A DNA stretch of 63,903 nt, filler included, from Octopus bimaculoides (GCF_001194135.2; 5 parts of 5 records of this genome joined end to end with filler, not necessarily neighbours in it); one strand, 5' to 3'. Shown: positions 37,279 to 50,080, numbered from the whole stretch's first letter. The notes: a model not told the origin generated them from the letters alone. Numbers and translations are program-made.

Positions 37279-38834
37279 NNNNNNNNNNNNNNNNNNNNNN
37301 NNNNNNNNNNNNNNNNNNNNNNNNNNNNNNNNNNNNNNNNNNNNNNNNNNNNNNNNNNNNNNNNNNNNNNNNNNNNNNNNNNNNNNNNNNNNNNNNNNNN
37401 NNNNNNNNNNNNNNNNNNNNNNNNNNNNNNNNNNNNNNNNNNNNNNNNNNNNNNNNNNNNNNNNNNNNNNNNNNNNNNNNNNNNNNNNNNNNNNNNNNNN
37501 NNNNNNNNNNNNNNNNNNNNNNNNNNNNNNNNNNNNNNNNNNNNNNNNNNNNNNNNNNNNNNNNNNNNNNNNNNNNNNNNNNNNNNNNNNNNNNNNNNNN
37601 NNNNNNNNNNNNNNNNNNNNNNNNNNNNNNNNNNNNNNNNNNNNNNNNNNNNNNNNNNNNNNNNNNNNNNNNNNNNNNNNNNNNNNNNNNNNNNNNNNNN
37701 NNNNNNNNNNNNNNNNNNNNNNNNNNNNNNNNNNNNNNNNNNNNNNNNNNNNNNNNNNNNNNNNNNNNNNNNNNNNNNNNNNNNNNNNNNNNNNNNNNNN
37801 NNNNNNNNNNNNNNNNNNNNNNNNNNNNNNNNNNNNNNNNNNNNNNNNNNNNNNNNNNNNNNNNNNNNNNNNNNNNNNNNNNNNNNNNNNNNNNNNNNNN
37901 NNNNNNNNNNNNNNNNNNNNNNNNNNNNNNNNNNNNNNNNNNNNNNNNNNNNNNNNNNNNNNNNNNNNNNNNNNNNNNNNNNNNNNNNNNNNNNNNNNNN
38001 NNNNNNNNNNNNNNNNNNNNNNNNNNNNNNNNNNNNNNNTGAAGAAATTAACCGTGACATTCGTCGGCAAAAATTATTAAGTTAAGTTCGTTAGATTTAA
38101 AGTTCTGACAGGGAAAGACATGCTAATAAAGTACATTGATGATAAAACAAGTTCAATTTATAAACTAATTAAAATTAAGCAAAAAAAAAAAAAAAATTGT
38201 AATCAAATCCAAAGTATGAACAGAGAAAAAAACGTAACAAAGAAACAGGTCAGATTTTGAAGCAGAAAAAGTTATATAGAAATAATTAACCCTTTGTATA
38301 AAAGCAGGCATTATTTAGCAAACGGACTTACGTTGTTTGTAAACTTACAGAAAGTAAGAAAAATAGTTATGTGTTGGTAAAGACTTGTCTGGTACTGTAC
38401 CCTTTACTTCTCCCTCTCTCTTTCTCTCTCTCCAGTTACCCAGATAATATATTGTGTATGTGAGAAGCAGTCTGCTGAAGATAGATGCATGTAATATATA
38501 TATGTGTGTGTGTGTGTACATATGTATAACCTTCCAGACGAGAGTAAAAAAATAATTCCATAGTTATTGAATCTACGTAAAACAACGACCAGTGATAAAA
38601 ATCGAAACGGGCCACAGAAACGAGTTGCTATATTCACTCAAATAAATACAATATCAACATTTTCACTTAAGGAACATTATTAACATTTTTAAATTGTGTT
38701 AATTACCGTTTTGTTGTGTGTCTTATAGAAGAAACAACACAACTAAGAATATTCGTTGACATTCGAAGACTCCACGTGTAATTCAGTATAGATAATACTT
38801 AACGGGTTAAAGAGAGAGTCTGGGATTAAGACTA

Positions 38835-39255
38835 ATAAATCGTTAGAACGCTGAGCGAAATGCTTAGTGGTATTTCGTCTGTCGTTCCGTTCTGAGTTCA
38901 AATTCCGCCGAGGTCGACTTTGCCTTTCATCCTTTCTGGGTCGATAAATTAAGTACCAGTTGAGTACTGGGATCGATGTAATCGACTGTCCTCTTACCCC
39001 AAATTTCAGGCCTTGAACCTATAGTAGAAAGGATTATTAAGATTAATAAAAAAAGGCGTCAGCTGGCAGAATCGTAAACACACCAGACAAAATGCTTAAC
39101 GGTATTTCGTCTGGGTTTAAATTCCACCGAGGTCGACTTTGCCTTTCATCATTTCTGGGTCGATAAATTAAGTACCAGTGAAACACTGGGATCGTTGTAA
39201 TCGACTCATCCCCTCCCCCAAAATAACTGTCCTTGTGGCAAAACTTGAAACCATT
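38835..39255 (+). mobile_element. Two tandem SINE family A copies
   Basis: Core GTCGACTTTGCCTTTCATC occurs twice. Confidence 0.8.
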
Positions 39256-39722
39256 ATTAATCCATAAAGCACTGGTATTTGCACTTACATAGCATGGACT
39301 GCTGAGCACATTTTATGAAAATGAGACTACCATACACACAAAAAAACACCCCAAAAATAGTTAAAATATCTTCTTAGTATATAATGGTGGCAAGTCATTA
39401 GTTGAACTATTAGCCCCCTTGCATTCTGGGGGGTATCGTGACCTGTCGACCTGTGCCTGACAACCACGATCGTAGCTTGTCGCGCTTTATGTGTGAAGAC
39501 TAATAAGGTGGGAAAAGCCAAAAACGGGTGATGTACGTATTCTCTATCCTTCGCCGACTAATAGAAGTAAGATGATAGNNNNNNNNNNNNNNNNNNNNNN
39601 NNNNNNNNNNNNNNNNNNNNNNNNNNNNNNNNNNNNNNNNNNNNNNNNNNNNNNNNNNNNNNNNNNNNNNNNNNNNNNNNNNNNNNNNNNNNNNNNNNNN
39701 NNNNNNNNNNNNNNNNNNNNNN

Positions 39723-40000
39723 AAAGCTCCACAAGGCTCCAGCAGGGGGTGGTGGTGAACCCTGCTGTACTCTTCCACCACAATTTTCTCTCACTCTTAC
39801 TTCCTGTTCCTGTTGTGCTTGTAATTCAAAGAGTCAGCCTTGTCACACTGTGTCACGCTGAATATCCCCGAGAACTACGTTAAGGGTACACGTGTCTGTG
39901 GAGTGCTCAGCCACTTGCACGTTAATTTCACGAGCAGGCTGTTCCGTTGATCGGATCAACTGGAACCTTCGACGTTGTAAGCGACGGAGTGCCAACAACA
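39723..40000 (+). repeat. Probable interspersed repeat with a CAA tail
   Basis: GC-elevated block ending GTGCCAACAACAACA. Family not assignable from this window. Confidence 0.35.
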
Positions 40001-41312
40001 ACATATAGACCTCACTAGAGACCCCATGGAAGTTGGTACCGTGAGAGAGAGAGAGAAGCGGGGATGTTGTGCTCGAAACGTTGAAAAGTACATTGACTTT
40101 GAAACGGAGCATGCCAACAATACAGGATCTCTCTCCTTCAATCTCTTCCTCTCTCCCATCCTCTCTCTTCCTCTCCCTCCCCTATGTAATGGTCAGTAAA
40201 GCTGATATGCTTGACCCCATAGATTGTCCTCTTGTTTTTATATATAGAATCACCAAATCGAAATTGGTTGATATTCACAATAATGACCACGAGTTGGTAG
40301 ATATCTGAGAATCGAAGAACTCTCTTTGGCTTCAAATTTGTGAAATTGTTATTTTCCAAATGACTTGAAGTGCTGAAATAATGCCCTTTTCATACAATGT
40401 AGCATTACATGATAATTCGTTTACAAACTCGTTGTCTGTGTTGTTATCATTCATTATAAAAACGCCTTAAAGTAACGCTTTTATAACAAATAGCGACGAA
40501 GTAGTAGAGTGGTTAAAGCATCGATAGACAAGCAATTTGTTAAGTGGAACAGTAAGAATACGCAAGATTTTTCTAAGGTTCAACATATGACAATGTTGAT
40601 ATTTATCCAAATTTTAGCGATGAATTTTCGTTTCTTTGTTAAAAATTAGCTTCTTCTTTGCAGATGGAATTCTAATATCTTATTTACTCGTGCGCTAAGT
40701 TGTACCATTAATTTATAATACATTAAACATGAGCTTGAATCTTGCTTGCTTGCAATGTTACCCAGCCAAACTGGTGCGTAACGGGAAGATACTATGAATT
40801 AAGAAGCCCCTGAAATGTGAATACGAACGGAATAAAACAAATTTTGCGCAAATCGGACAACTGGATATTGAGATATTAGGGGTTTTCGGGGTATAAATAC
40901 CCAAAATGGGGCATAATGGGAAAATTCCCCGAAAATAACTTAACCCTGAAAGGGAACGAAAAAATACGATTTGTTTTTTTTACAGTAAATGTTTCTGTTT
41001 TCGCTTTTGTTAAACACATTTCAATCATTTAGAAATATTTTTAAGAGAATGTGATTTCAAAAATGTAAGTTGTTTGTACAGTAAGTATTTATATTTTAGC
41101 TTTCTTTAAACAGACAATATTTTAGTGTTGTTAAAATTATTTTCAAGTGAATACCATTACAAAAAAATTTTGGTATATTTAAAAATATTTTAAAGTGAAA
41201 ATGACTTTAAAAGTACGGTAAGTATTTTGTAAAAGACCCGTTCGTAACTTCGGTGTGAAATAATTTTTTTTCCATAGATTTTTTTCGAGTGCATTCAACG
41301 TATCTCACAGCT

Positions 41313-41429
41313 AAAGATTTGGCTGCTATTTTTAGCACGCCCTGCTACCACGTAATAATTATTTGTGATAAAGGCTCTGAAATCTGTTACGTGGTAGCAG
41401 GGCGTTCAAGAAATAGCAGCCAAATCTTT
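41313..41429. mobile_element. Hairpin MITE (~40-bp arms)
   Basis: AAAGATTTGGCTGCTATTT..ACGCCCTGCTACCACGTAA pairs with TTACGTGGTAGCAGGGCGT..AAATAGCAGCCAAATCTTT. Confidence 0.8.
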
Positions 41430-42982
41430 CTTTTTCTGGGGGAAAGGAGACGTTTACAAGTTATTTCGATGTCACATTCGTTGAAAGCATGCGAAATAAC
41501 CTGGAAAAGAAAAAATAAACTACGACACAAAACTCTGTTGCTGGGAAATTCAGACTTTTCCGGTGAACCAACGGATCACTGGTAATTTAGTTTAATATTA
41601 AATCTTAAAACAAAATTTTTTCCATTCAAAGTTTTAGCTTTGTCGCATGTATTATAAGTCGCACTCCAATTACAATAAGTATAAAATAGTGCGGCCTATA
41701 CGCCAGTAAAGACGGTAATTAAGTGAACAGAAACAAATAAGGGTTAATGGACATATATACGTATATACGTATGTATAATCATGCAAACAAGACAAATAGA
41801 ACTCAATATATGAATATATGAAGACTTTTATTAATATTTAGCAGAAGTAACTGAATGACTCAAGGTCCGAGTGTTTTATGCGTTGGCACGAAATTCTCGG
41901 ACCTTGAATCACTCCGTTACTTCTGCTAAATATTAATAACACACACGCACACACACACACATACACACGTACACGCACATATACACCACTCACGGACGCA
42001 TGCACACGCACATATACACATACATGTACACAAGCAAACAATGGAGATACGATGGAACTTCGAAAGACACTCGACACAGAGAATTTAACTTAGATTTGAC
42101 GATATTATTTTCTTTTTCAAAAACCTATTGAATAACCCTTTCCTTTACGCTGTGATCAATCGTTGGTAGTTAATAAACCACACTTACCTAAGGTTCAAGT
42201 GTAAGGGAAGATATCGTGTCTGGAAGTTTGTTACGTCTTCGTTTCAATGAATTTTTGAGATGTTGTATAATTAGATAATTAACCAAACTAACTTAGATTT
42301 AAGTGAAATACTGACTTATATATTTGTAACAAACCCGCAACACGGACATACAAAAACATAGGCTACCGCTGTTTCTCCCTTTCCTTCTCTTTGTAAGATG
42401 ACATGTATATGTATATATGCATGTATGTATATGTGACATATATATTTTGTGCGTGAGGGTATGCATATTTGTAAATTTAACAAGGTGAGTACAAAAATAG
42501 GTTAGAGCTGTGAAGATTAAACCGGTCGGTCTTAAAGAGTTACATGTAAAGCCGCCGTGATTTTCATTAGACTTCCTCTTCAAAAAGACCGCAAAGTTCG
42601 TGCTGAAAGTCCAGAGAGCGGGATAGGATGTTAGCAGACGGTCGTTGTTGATTCTGTTGCTGTTGTTGTCATTATTTCTGTAGTTGCTACTGTTGTTGTT
42701 GTTGCTATGATGATGCTGGAAGATTGGGCAAACGTACATATATGTATGTATGTATTTATGTATGTATGTATTATGTATGTGTCATTATATACGTCTCTGT
42801 GCATAGACATACGTTTTCACACACACAGATGTATATAAACATACGTTTTTTTAAAATTAAAAGTGCAAAAGTACCACAGAACTGTTACTCAGAATTTCAC
42901 GTTCCCGTTCGTCGGACGATTGTGATGAAAACTTGTGCTCACCTGTATACATATATAAACATGTGTGTGTGTACATACATAC

Positions 42983-43013
<31 letters not shown>

Positions 43014-43129
43014 CATACATACATACATGCTTAGATCTGGATATCACACTTTAAGCAGATATATTATCGATCATGGTTCCTGTTCTGATCCTGGCACTTC
43101 TAAAGTTGGCGTGCGGCAAAGATTATGTC

Positions 43130-43322
43130 GACTGTATACGGCCGTCTCTGAAGCCACACCGACTCAAGTCCAGAGCCACAGTTCCAACAGACAACTAGTG
43201 CCCGACCTGCGGCAGATCCTTCCCATCACGAATAGGACTGGTCAGCCACAGCCGGACGCACCGTGCACCATCTTCTTCTACCATTTGATATCCTTGGTCA
43301 TCGCTGACCACGACGGACGAAC
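43130..43322 (+). mobile_element. RTE-BovB-like LINE 3' end with terminal C2H2 motif
   Basis: CPTCGRSFPSRIGLVSHSRTH followed by an (AAT)n tail. Confidence 0.7.
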
Positions 43323-43495
43323 TAATAATAATAATAATAATAATAATAATATGGAAAGCCCGCTAATCGTTTTCGCCTGAAGATCGCAGTGGTGTAAAAC
43401 TCGATGCGTGAGATAAACTGTGAGGTAAAATCCAGTTTTATCTAAGTATATGCTCTGCAACGAGTATTGAACCTGTATTGAGCTCCTATCTCATT

Positions 43496-44366
43496 GGATC
43501 TTTCTGAATTGACGGGCACCACTTCTTAACGAAACACTTTCAAACCTGGGATACTGGTAGAATGTGTCATATAAAACATGTTTTATTTAGTGTGTTTTCT
43601 ACCGAAACACTTTAAAACTTCGTATACTTGTATATTTTATCTTATAGAACAGAGAAAAGATTTTATATTCGAACTTATTTCATGTTAAAAGTTGTTGTAT
43701 TTCGATAATTTCAACCAATCACTGACGTCTATTGAGGTGAAAACAATTACTGCTATGGAATGTAAACAAGACATTTTAGCGGTGTAATGGGATCTTCTAC
43801 AAGTAACATCGGATCTTTCTGATTTGGCGGGCGCCACTTTTTATTTATGTTTTATTTAGTGTGTTTCCTACCGAAACGCTTTAAAACTTCGTATACTTGT
43901 ATATTTTGTCTTATAGAACAGAGAAAAAATTTTATATTCGAACTTATTTCATGTTATAAGTTGTCGTATTTCGGTAATTTCAACCAATCACTGACGTCTA
44001 TTGAGGTGAAAACAATTACTGCTATGGAATGTAAACAAGACGTTCTAGCGGTGTAATGGGATCTTTTCCCTTGAATAAAATTAGTCCCGTTGTTTGTCAA
44101 CAACAACTATCGGCGAGGGTTAGGTTTGGGGTTTTAGGGTTAGGGTTCGGGTTCGGGTTTTAGAGTTAGGGTTAGAGTTAGCTAAAACCAGTANNNNNNN
44201 NNNGGTTGAAATTACCGAAATACGACAATTTTAACACGGAATAACTTTAAAAAGATAAAATTTTCTAAGAGTAAAAGATGTTTTATATGACACATTCTAC
44301 CAGTGTCCCAAGTTTGAAAGTGTTTCGTTAAGAAAACAAGTGGCGCCCGCCAAATCAGAAAGATCC
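43496..44366. mobile_element. Long-TIR nonautonomous element with a duplicated left arm and central TTAGGG-like repeats
   Basis: Arms at 43496-43790 and 43811-44065 are direct copies. 44204-44366 is their reverse complement. 44116-44181 contains degenerate (TTAGGG)n. Confidence 0.8.
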
Positions 44367-44439
44367 TAGCATTTTGATGAGCAAATATTTCTATGTTGGT
44401 CAGATTATATGTCTTTAATTGCTATGCATAATATCTTTA

Positions 44440-44815
44440 TATGCAGCAGTTGTGCTGACCCAGTTATGTGCTGACCCAGTTATGTGCTGTCTCAGTTATG
44501 TGCTGTCTCAGTTATGTGCTGACCCAGGTAATATAGGCCATGTTGGAGCTTCATAGAGTTTAATTATTAGAGGAAGAAGAGTGTGTGTTAATAGGATTTA
44601 GGAATCATTGGTTTTCATTTGGAAAGGTTAGAAAAGTAAAGAATTGTAATAGTCGTCAGAGATGTAGGAGAGACAGATCACATTAATGAAATTGTTGTAA
44701 TAAAATTTTGGTGAGTAAATATTTCTTTGTCAGTCAGACTATATATCTGCATATGCAGCAGTTGTGCTGACCCAGTTATGTGCTGACCCAGTTATGTGCT
44801 GACCCAGTTATGTGA
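44440..44815 (+). repeat. Two clusters of a 16-bp tandem repeat CAGTTATGTGCTGACC inside a diverged ~310-bp-spaced duplication
   Basis: Clusters at about 44445-44530 and 44757-44813, both followed by AATATA(G/A)GCCATGT..GAGC.T.ATAGAG. Confidence 0.9.
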
Positions 44816-45996
44816 ACGGTTATCTAATATAAGCCATGTCTGAGCCTTATAGAGAGAGATGCAACAACTGATCAAGACTGAGATACTTTTTAGTTCTGAA
44901 GAAGATCCTTTTGAATTTAGTTTCTGCTGTGTTGCGGATTTGTAGTCACAACGAAAAGAAATTTGTATTATGTGCATACTTTGTTGATATGTCTATAGGC
45001 ACGTAGCTTGGCGGGTAAGGCAAATGAGGTAGTGATTGTAAGGTTGCAGGTTTGATTTCTGAACTGGGCGGTGCAATGTGTCCTTGAATAAAGCAGCTCA
45101 TCTCACGTTTCTCGAGTCACCTCAGCTGAAAACGAGTAGCAGCCGATTGTTAGTGTAGTTCTCTCCTCTCCTTCCATCTGTCTCTGTTCGGCTGGACCAA
45201 GGATATGAAAAGACAAGAGATTGTCTCAGTCTGCTCTCGACTTTACAGATCCTAAAACCATGAGCAAAAACGTGGTATATACATACATATAAACGTACAT
45301 ACACACACTCACATAATATGATATAATATTATATATTTTCTATGTTTTACTTAATAGTTTATATTTTGTACATGCTATACCTTTCGTTTTAAATACTGCT
45401 TATGTTTTTAATTTTTGTTTTCTATCCCATACGAATTTTGTTTTGTGTATACTCAAGTAACGCTATTTTTTTAAAAACATTGTTGGCAGTCATATGAAGT
45501 AGTTCAAGCGTTTAGTGTGGAAACAATCAAGATATCCGAATAGGCAGCTGACGATTGGTTGTTCCTTGTTTATTGAGTATGTTTTTGTTCTTTGGTTGTT
45601 GAATTTGTTCGTTGTCACTGTTCCTCAGAATTTCTTTGATGCTTCTTCTAATTTTAGTGATTTTGTTCCTTTTTTGGCAGAGGGGAGTGTGTTAGGATTT
45701 CGATAAGGAGCTATTTGTGGTGGATAGTGGTTTTATATGAGGCTAGAGGCTAACTTAGTTTGAGACTTTGTATGGTTCAATAACAAATGTTTGACATATG
45801 TGTGTGTGTGTGTGTGCAAGAGCGCGCACGTGCTCGAGTGTGTATATATGTTTGTGCATACACGCACACAGAAACACACATATGAATATACACATAAACA
45901 TACATACACATACTGCTGCATATGCTTAAATATGTGTGAGTATATGAATATTTATGCATGCATTTATTTATTACATACACACACACACACACACAC

Positions 45997-46420
45997 AGCG
46001 AGATCGTTGCCTGTGCCGATGGACTGGCCCCTATGCAGGTGACACGTAAAATACACCATTTCGAGCATGTTCGTTGATCGTTATCAACGTCGCCTCCCTG
46101 GCACGTGAAAAGACATTCGAGCGAGATCGTTGCCAGTGCCGCTGGACTGGCTCCTGTGCAGGTGGCACGTAAGATACACCATTTCGAGCGTGGCCGTTGC
46201 CAGTACCGCCTGACTGGCCTTCGTGCCGGTGGCACGTAAAAACACCCACTACACTCTCGGAGTGGTTGGTGTTAGGAAGAGCATCCAGCTGTAGAAACTC
46301 TGCCAAATCAGATTGGAGCCTGGTGTCGCCTCCTGGTCCACCAGTCCTCAGTCAAATCGTCCAACCCATGCTAGCATGGAAAGCGGACGTTAAACGAGGA
46401 TGATGATGATGATGATGATG
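45997..46420 (+). mobile_element. RTE-tail-type SINE family D with internal subrepeats and a (GAT)n tail
   Basis: Repeated AGCGAGATCGTTGCC.GTGCC...GTGGCACGTAA units; tail GATGATGATG. Confidence 0.85.
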
Positions 46421-46565
46421 ACGTGTGTGTGCGTGTGTATGTGTGCAGGAGCGCGCACGCGCTCGAGTGTGTACATATGTTTGTGCATACACGCACACAG
46501 AAACACATATATGAATATACACATAAACATACATACACATACTGTTGCATATGCTTAAATATGTG

Positions 46566-46796
46566 TTATTTCTTTACTACTCACAAGGGGCTACACACAG
46601 AGGGGACAAACAAGGACAGACAAACGGATTAAGTCGATTATATCGACCCCAGTGCGTAACTAGTACTTATTTAATCGACCCCAAAAGGATGAAAGGCAAA
46701 ATCGACCTCGGCGGAATTTGAACTCAGAACTTAGCGGCAGACGAAATACCGCTAGGCATTTCGCCCAGCGTGCTGACGTTTCTGCCAGCTCGCCGT
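46566..46796 (-). mobile_element. Full-length SINE family A with a 12-bp TSD
   Basis: CTTAAATATGTG at 46554-46565 and 46797-46808. Confidence 0.9.
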
Positions 46797-46864
46797 CTTA
46801 AATATGTGTGAGTATTTATACATGCATTTATTTATTACACACACACACACACACACACATATAT

Positions 46865-46911
<47 letters not shown>

Positions 46912-47203
46912 TATACATATATACATATATATACATATATATACATATATATACATATATATATATACATATATATACATATACATATATATACATATAT
47001 ATATATATATACATATATATACATATATATACATATATATATACACATACATATACATATATATACATATACATATATATACATATACATATATATATAT
47101 ATANNNNNNNNNNNNNNNNNNNNNNNNNNNNNNNNNNNNNNNNNNNNTTAATTAATTAANNNNNNNNNNNNNNNNNNNNNNNNNNNNNNNNNNNNNNNNN
47201 NNN

Positions 47204-47235
<32 letters not shown>

Positions 47236-48611
47236 GCATATATACATACATACATACAAGTGTATATATATATATTTGTATGCATGTATACATGCATATA
47301 TATGTATATATATACGTATATATATATATATCTATATATACATACATTCATACATACATACATATACACACAAACATATACACACATACATATACATACA
47401 TACATATACATACATACATACATATACATACATATACATACATACATACATACATACATATACATACATATACACACATGCATGCATATATGCATATATA
47501 CAAGTGTATATATATATATATATATATTTGTATGTATGTATATATGCATATATATATGTATATATATATATGTATGTTTACATGCATATATATATATGTA
47601 TATATATACGCATATATATATATATATACATACATACACGCACACACACGATAGTACATGTAAGGTCCTTTCTATGGATTAAATACATTTTCCAGGAATA
47701 AAAAAGTCTCCGTTATTTTTTGACAAAACTGTGATATTCTGGCAGAAACTTTGTAGTCAAAATAGCACCTGTCATCTTGCAATGCTTCTCGCTGAAGCGA
47801 TCGAGAGAGTAGCAATAGTAATGCGTAAGCCTTTTGTAACTTAAATCCAATGACATACAGATGTCCCATTATCATTTTATTTGTTGATCCGTTTTCTACT
47901 TTATAAAGCCTTATGGCGATGGATGGTTGGCGTGAAGAGACATATCCGCCCAGATACAAGGATGGAAGTAAATGAGAACAATCAGGATGTATGTGAGAAA
48001 GCTATCATCTGACTAGATGATGAAATCCTCCTAGAGTACATATATACATACATACATACATACATATGTATATTCTTTTCTTTTATTCTTTTATTTGTTT
48101 CAGTTATTTGACCTCCTCACCTCCTCTCCTTATTTGACACCAACCGCACACCACTCCACACACACTAGCACTGACCACTTCTCCACACCCACACCACACA
48201 CCATCATCCACCCCTCTACACACACACACACACACACATATATACTTAAGGTGAGCAAAAGTGTACGTACGCCCTTGTTGTATATATAAATCCAAAAAAT
48301 TGAACAAGACGCAACAGACGACAATAAAACATCCGCACAGACAGACGATACAATGATGAAGAGGGAAAAACAAGGACGGATCATTCGCAGTCAGGGACGA
48401 CAGTAAGAGTAAACGATGTGAAAGACAGTGGTGATGTTGGTGGAGAGGAAAGTGGCAAAGTCAAAGGTACTGATGGCAGTAGCGCCAGAAGTTTGAATCA
48501 CGTGTGTATGGCAGATGTGGTAGCGATGGTGGTGGTACTGTTGTTTACCATGCAGCTTTGCAATAAGTTCTAAGTCGACAAATTATGTCATGGTTTTTTT
48601 AATGAAAATTG

Positions 48612-48667
<56 letters not shown>

Positions 48668-48709
48668 TGTAATGAATGAGGGAAACGGAAAATATATTTA
48701 GCAAGAATC

Positions 48710-48820
48710 TTTATTCAACATAACAATCGTTTCGACTCGTCTTGTCCCTTACGGATGAGATATTTTAGGTCTAGTTGTGTTGCATCCATCAATGCAGGCT
48801 GTGCCTCGTCAGGCGTCCGG
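48710..48820 (-). ncRNA. Hammerhead-like/PLE-terminus-like motif with enlarged loop II (degenerate)
   Basis: CUGACGA-G...C-GAAAC-GAUU-GUU followed by AATAAA. Stem I not found. Confidence 0.3.
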
Positions 48821-49126
48821 TGTAAATAAGATACATTACTACATGCACTGAGTTTCGTTTGGCAGGTTGGCATGTTGTAGTTGTCCGAGGTATGTTGGCT
48901 ACACTGACATAAGATGGAATAATTTCGGGGTTATAACCTGTAGATGGGTTTGACTATAGCTCATTATAAATGCATAACATAAATTACAGTTATTAAGGAT
49001 AGAGAAAAAAAGTAACAAGGGATACGAGCTGAAACATAAAATAAAGAAAGGTATCCACTTGTTGACACGAACACATATATAGACGTACGTACACACACAC
49101 ACACGCCCACGCGCGCGCACACACAC

Positions 49127-49162
<36 letters not shown>

Positions 49163-49199
49163 GCACACACACTCACTCGCGCCGTGAAGGACGTCACTG

Positions 49200-50080
49200 A
49201 GTTTGGTCATAAACATCCAAGATGGTCGTATTATAGGCAAACAGATTAATGATATTTAGTTCTCTGCTGCGGAGTCATTCTACACTCAGTTACGGATGAC
49301 TGAGCCAAGTTATTACGCAGTGGTTTTGCAGACGCGCCCACAAAACACACAGTGTTCGGTGCCGTTGTCATCACCACGTTGCTCTACGCTTGCGNNNNNN
49401 NNNNNNNNNNNNNNNNNNNNNNNNNNNNNNNNNNNNNNNNNNNNNNNNNNNNNNNNNNNNNNNNNNNNNNNNNNNNNNNNNNNNNNNNNNNNNNNNNNNN
49501 NNNNNNNNNNNNNNNNNNNNNNNNNNNNNNNNNNNNNNNNNNNNNNNNNNNNNNNNNNNNNNNNNNNNNNNNNNNNNNNNNNNNNNNNNNNNNNNNNNNN
49601 NNNNNNNNNNNNNNNNNNNNNNNNNNNNNNNNNNNNNNNNNNNNNNNNNNNNNNNNNNNNNNNNNNNNNNNNNNNNNNNNNNNNNNNNNNNNNNNNNNNN
49701 NNNNNNNNNNNNNNNNNNNNNNNNNNNNNNNNNNNNNNNNNNNNNNNNNNNNNNNNNNNNNNNNNNNNNNNNNNNNNNNNNNNNNNNNNNNNNNNNNNNN
49801 NNNNNNNNNNNNNNNNNNNNNNNNNNNNNNNNNNNNNNNNNNNNAAGAAGAAGAAGAAGAAGAAGAAGAAGAAGAAGAAGAAGAAGAAGAAGAAGAAGAA
49901 GAAGGAGGAGGAGGAGGAGAATGAGGAGGAGGAGAAGGGGAGGAGGAGGAGGAGGAGGAGAAGAAGAAGAAGAAGAAGAAGAAGAAGAAGAAGGCCCGGC
50001 AACTCCAGCCAAGACCACCAGCCTCTCTGCTATGCGATCAATGCCAGAAGCATTTCCATTTCCGACTTGGCCTTCTGGCC
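49200..50080 (+). mobile_element. RTE-BovB-like LINE 3' region spanning a gap and (AAG)n/(GAG)n
   Basis: VFGAVVITTLLYAC before the gap; CDQCQKHFHFRLGLL after it. Confidence 0.6.

Noticed and set aside
40940-41748. TTAACCCT...AGGGTTAA as piggyBac ends
   Set aside because: The inverted match does not extend beyond about 9 bp.
44445-44815. CRISPR-like appearance of the 16-bp repeats
   Set aside because: Units are contiguous with no unique spacers, there are no cas genes, and the context is eukaryotic.
46752-47701. Many long YI/HT/CV-rich ORFs, here and throughout the track
   Set aside because: Translations of (TA)n, (CA)n and (TACA)n microsatellites or N-gaps; no domain content.
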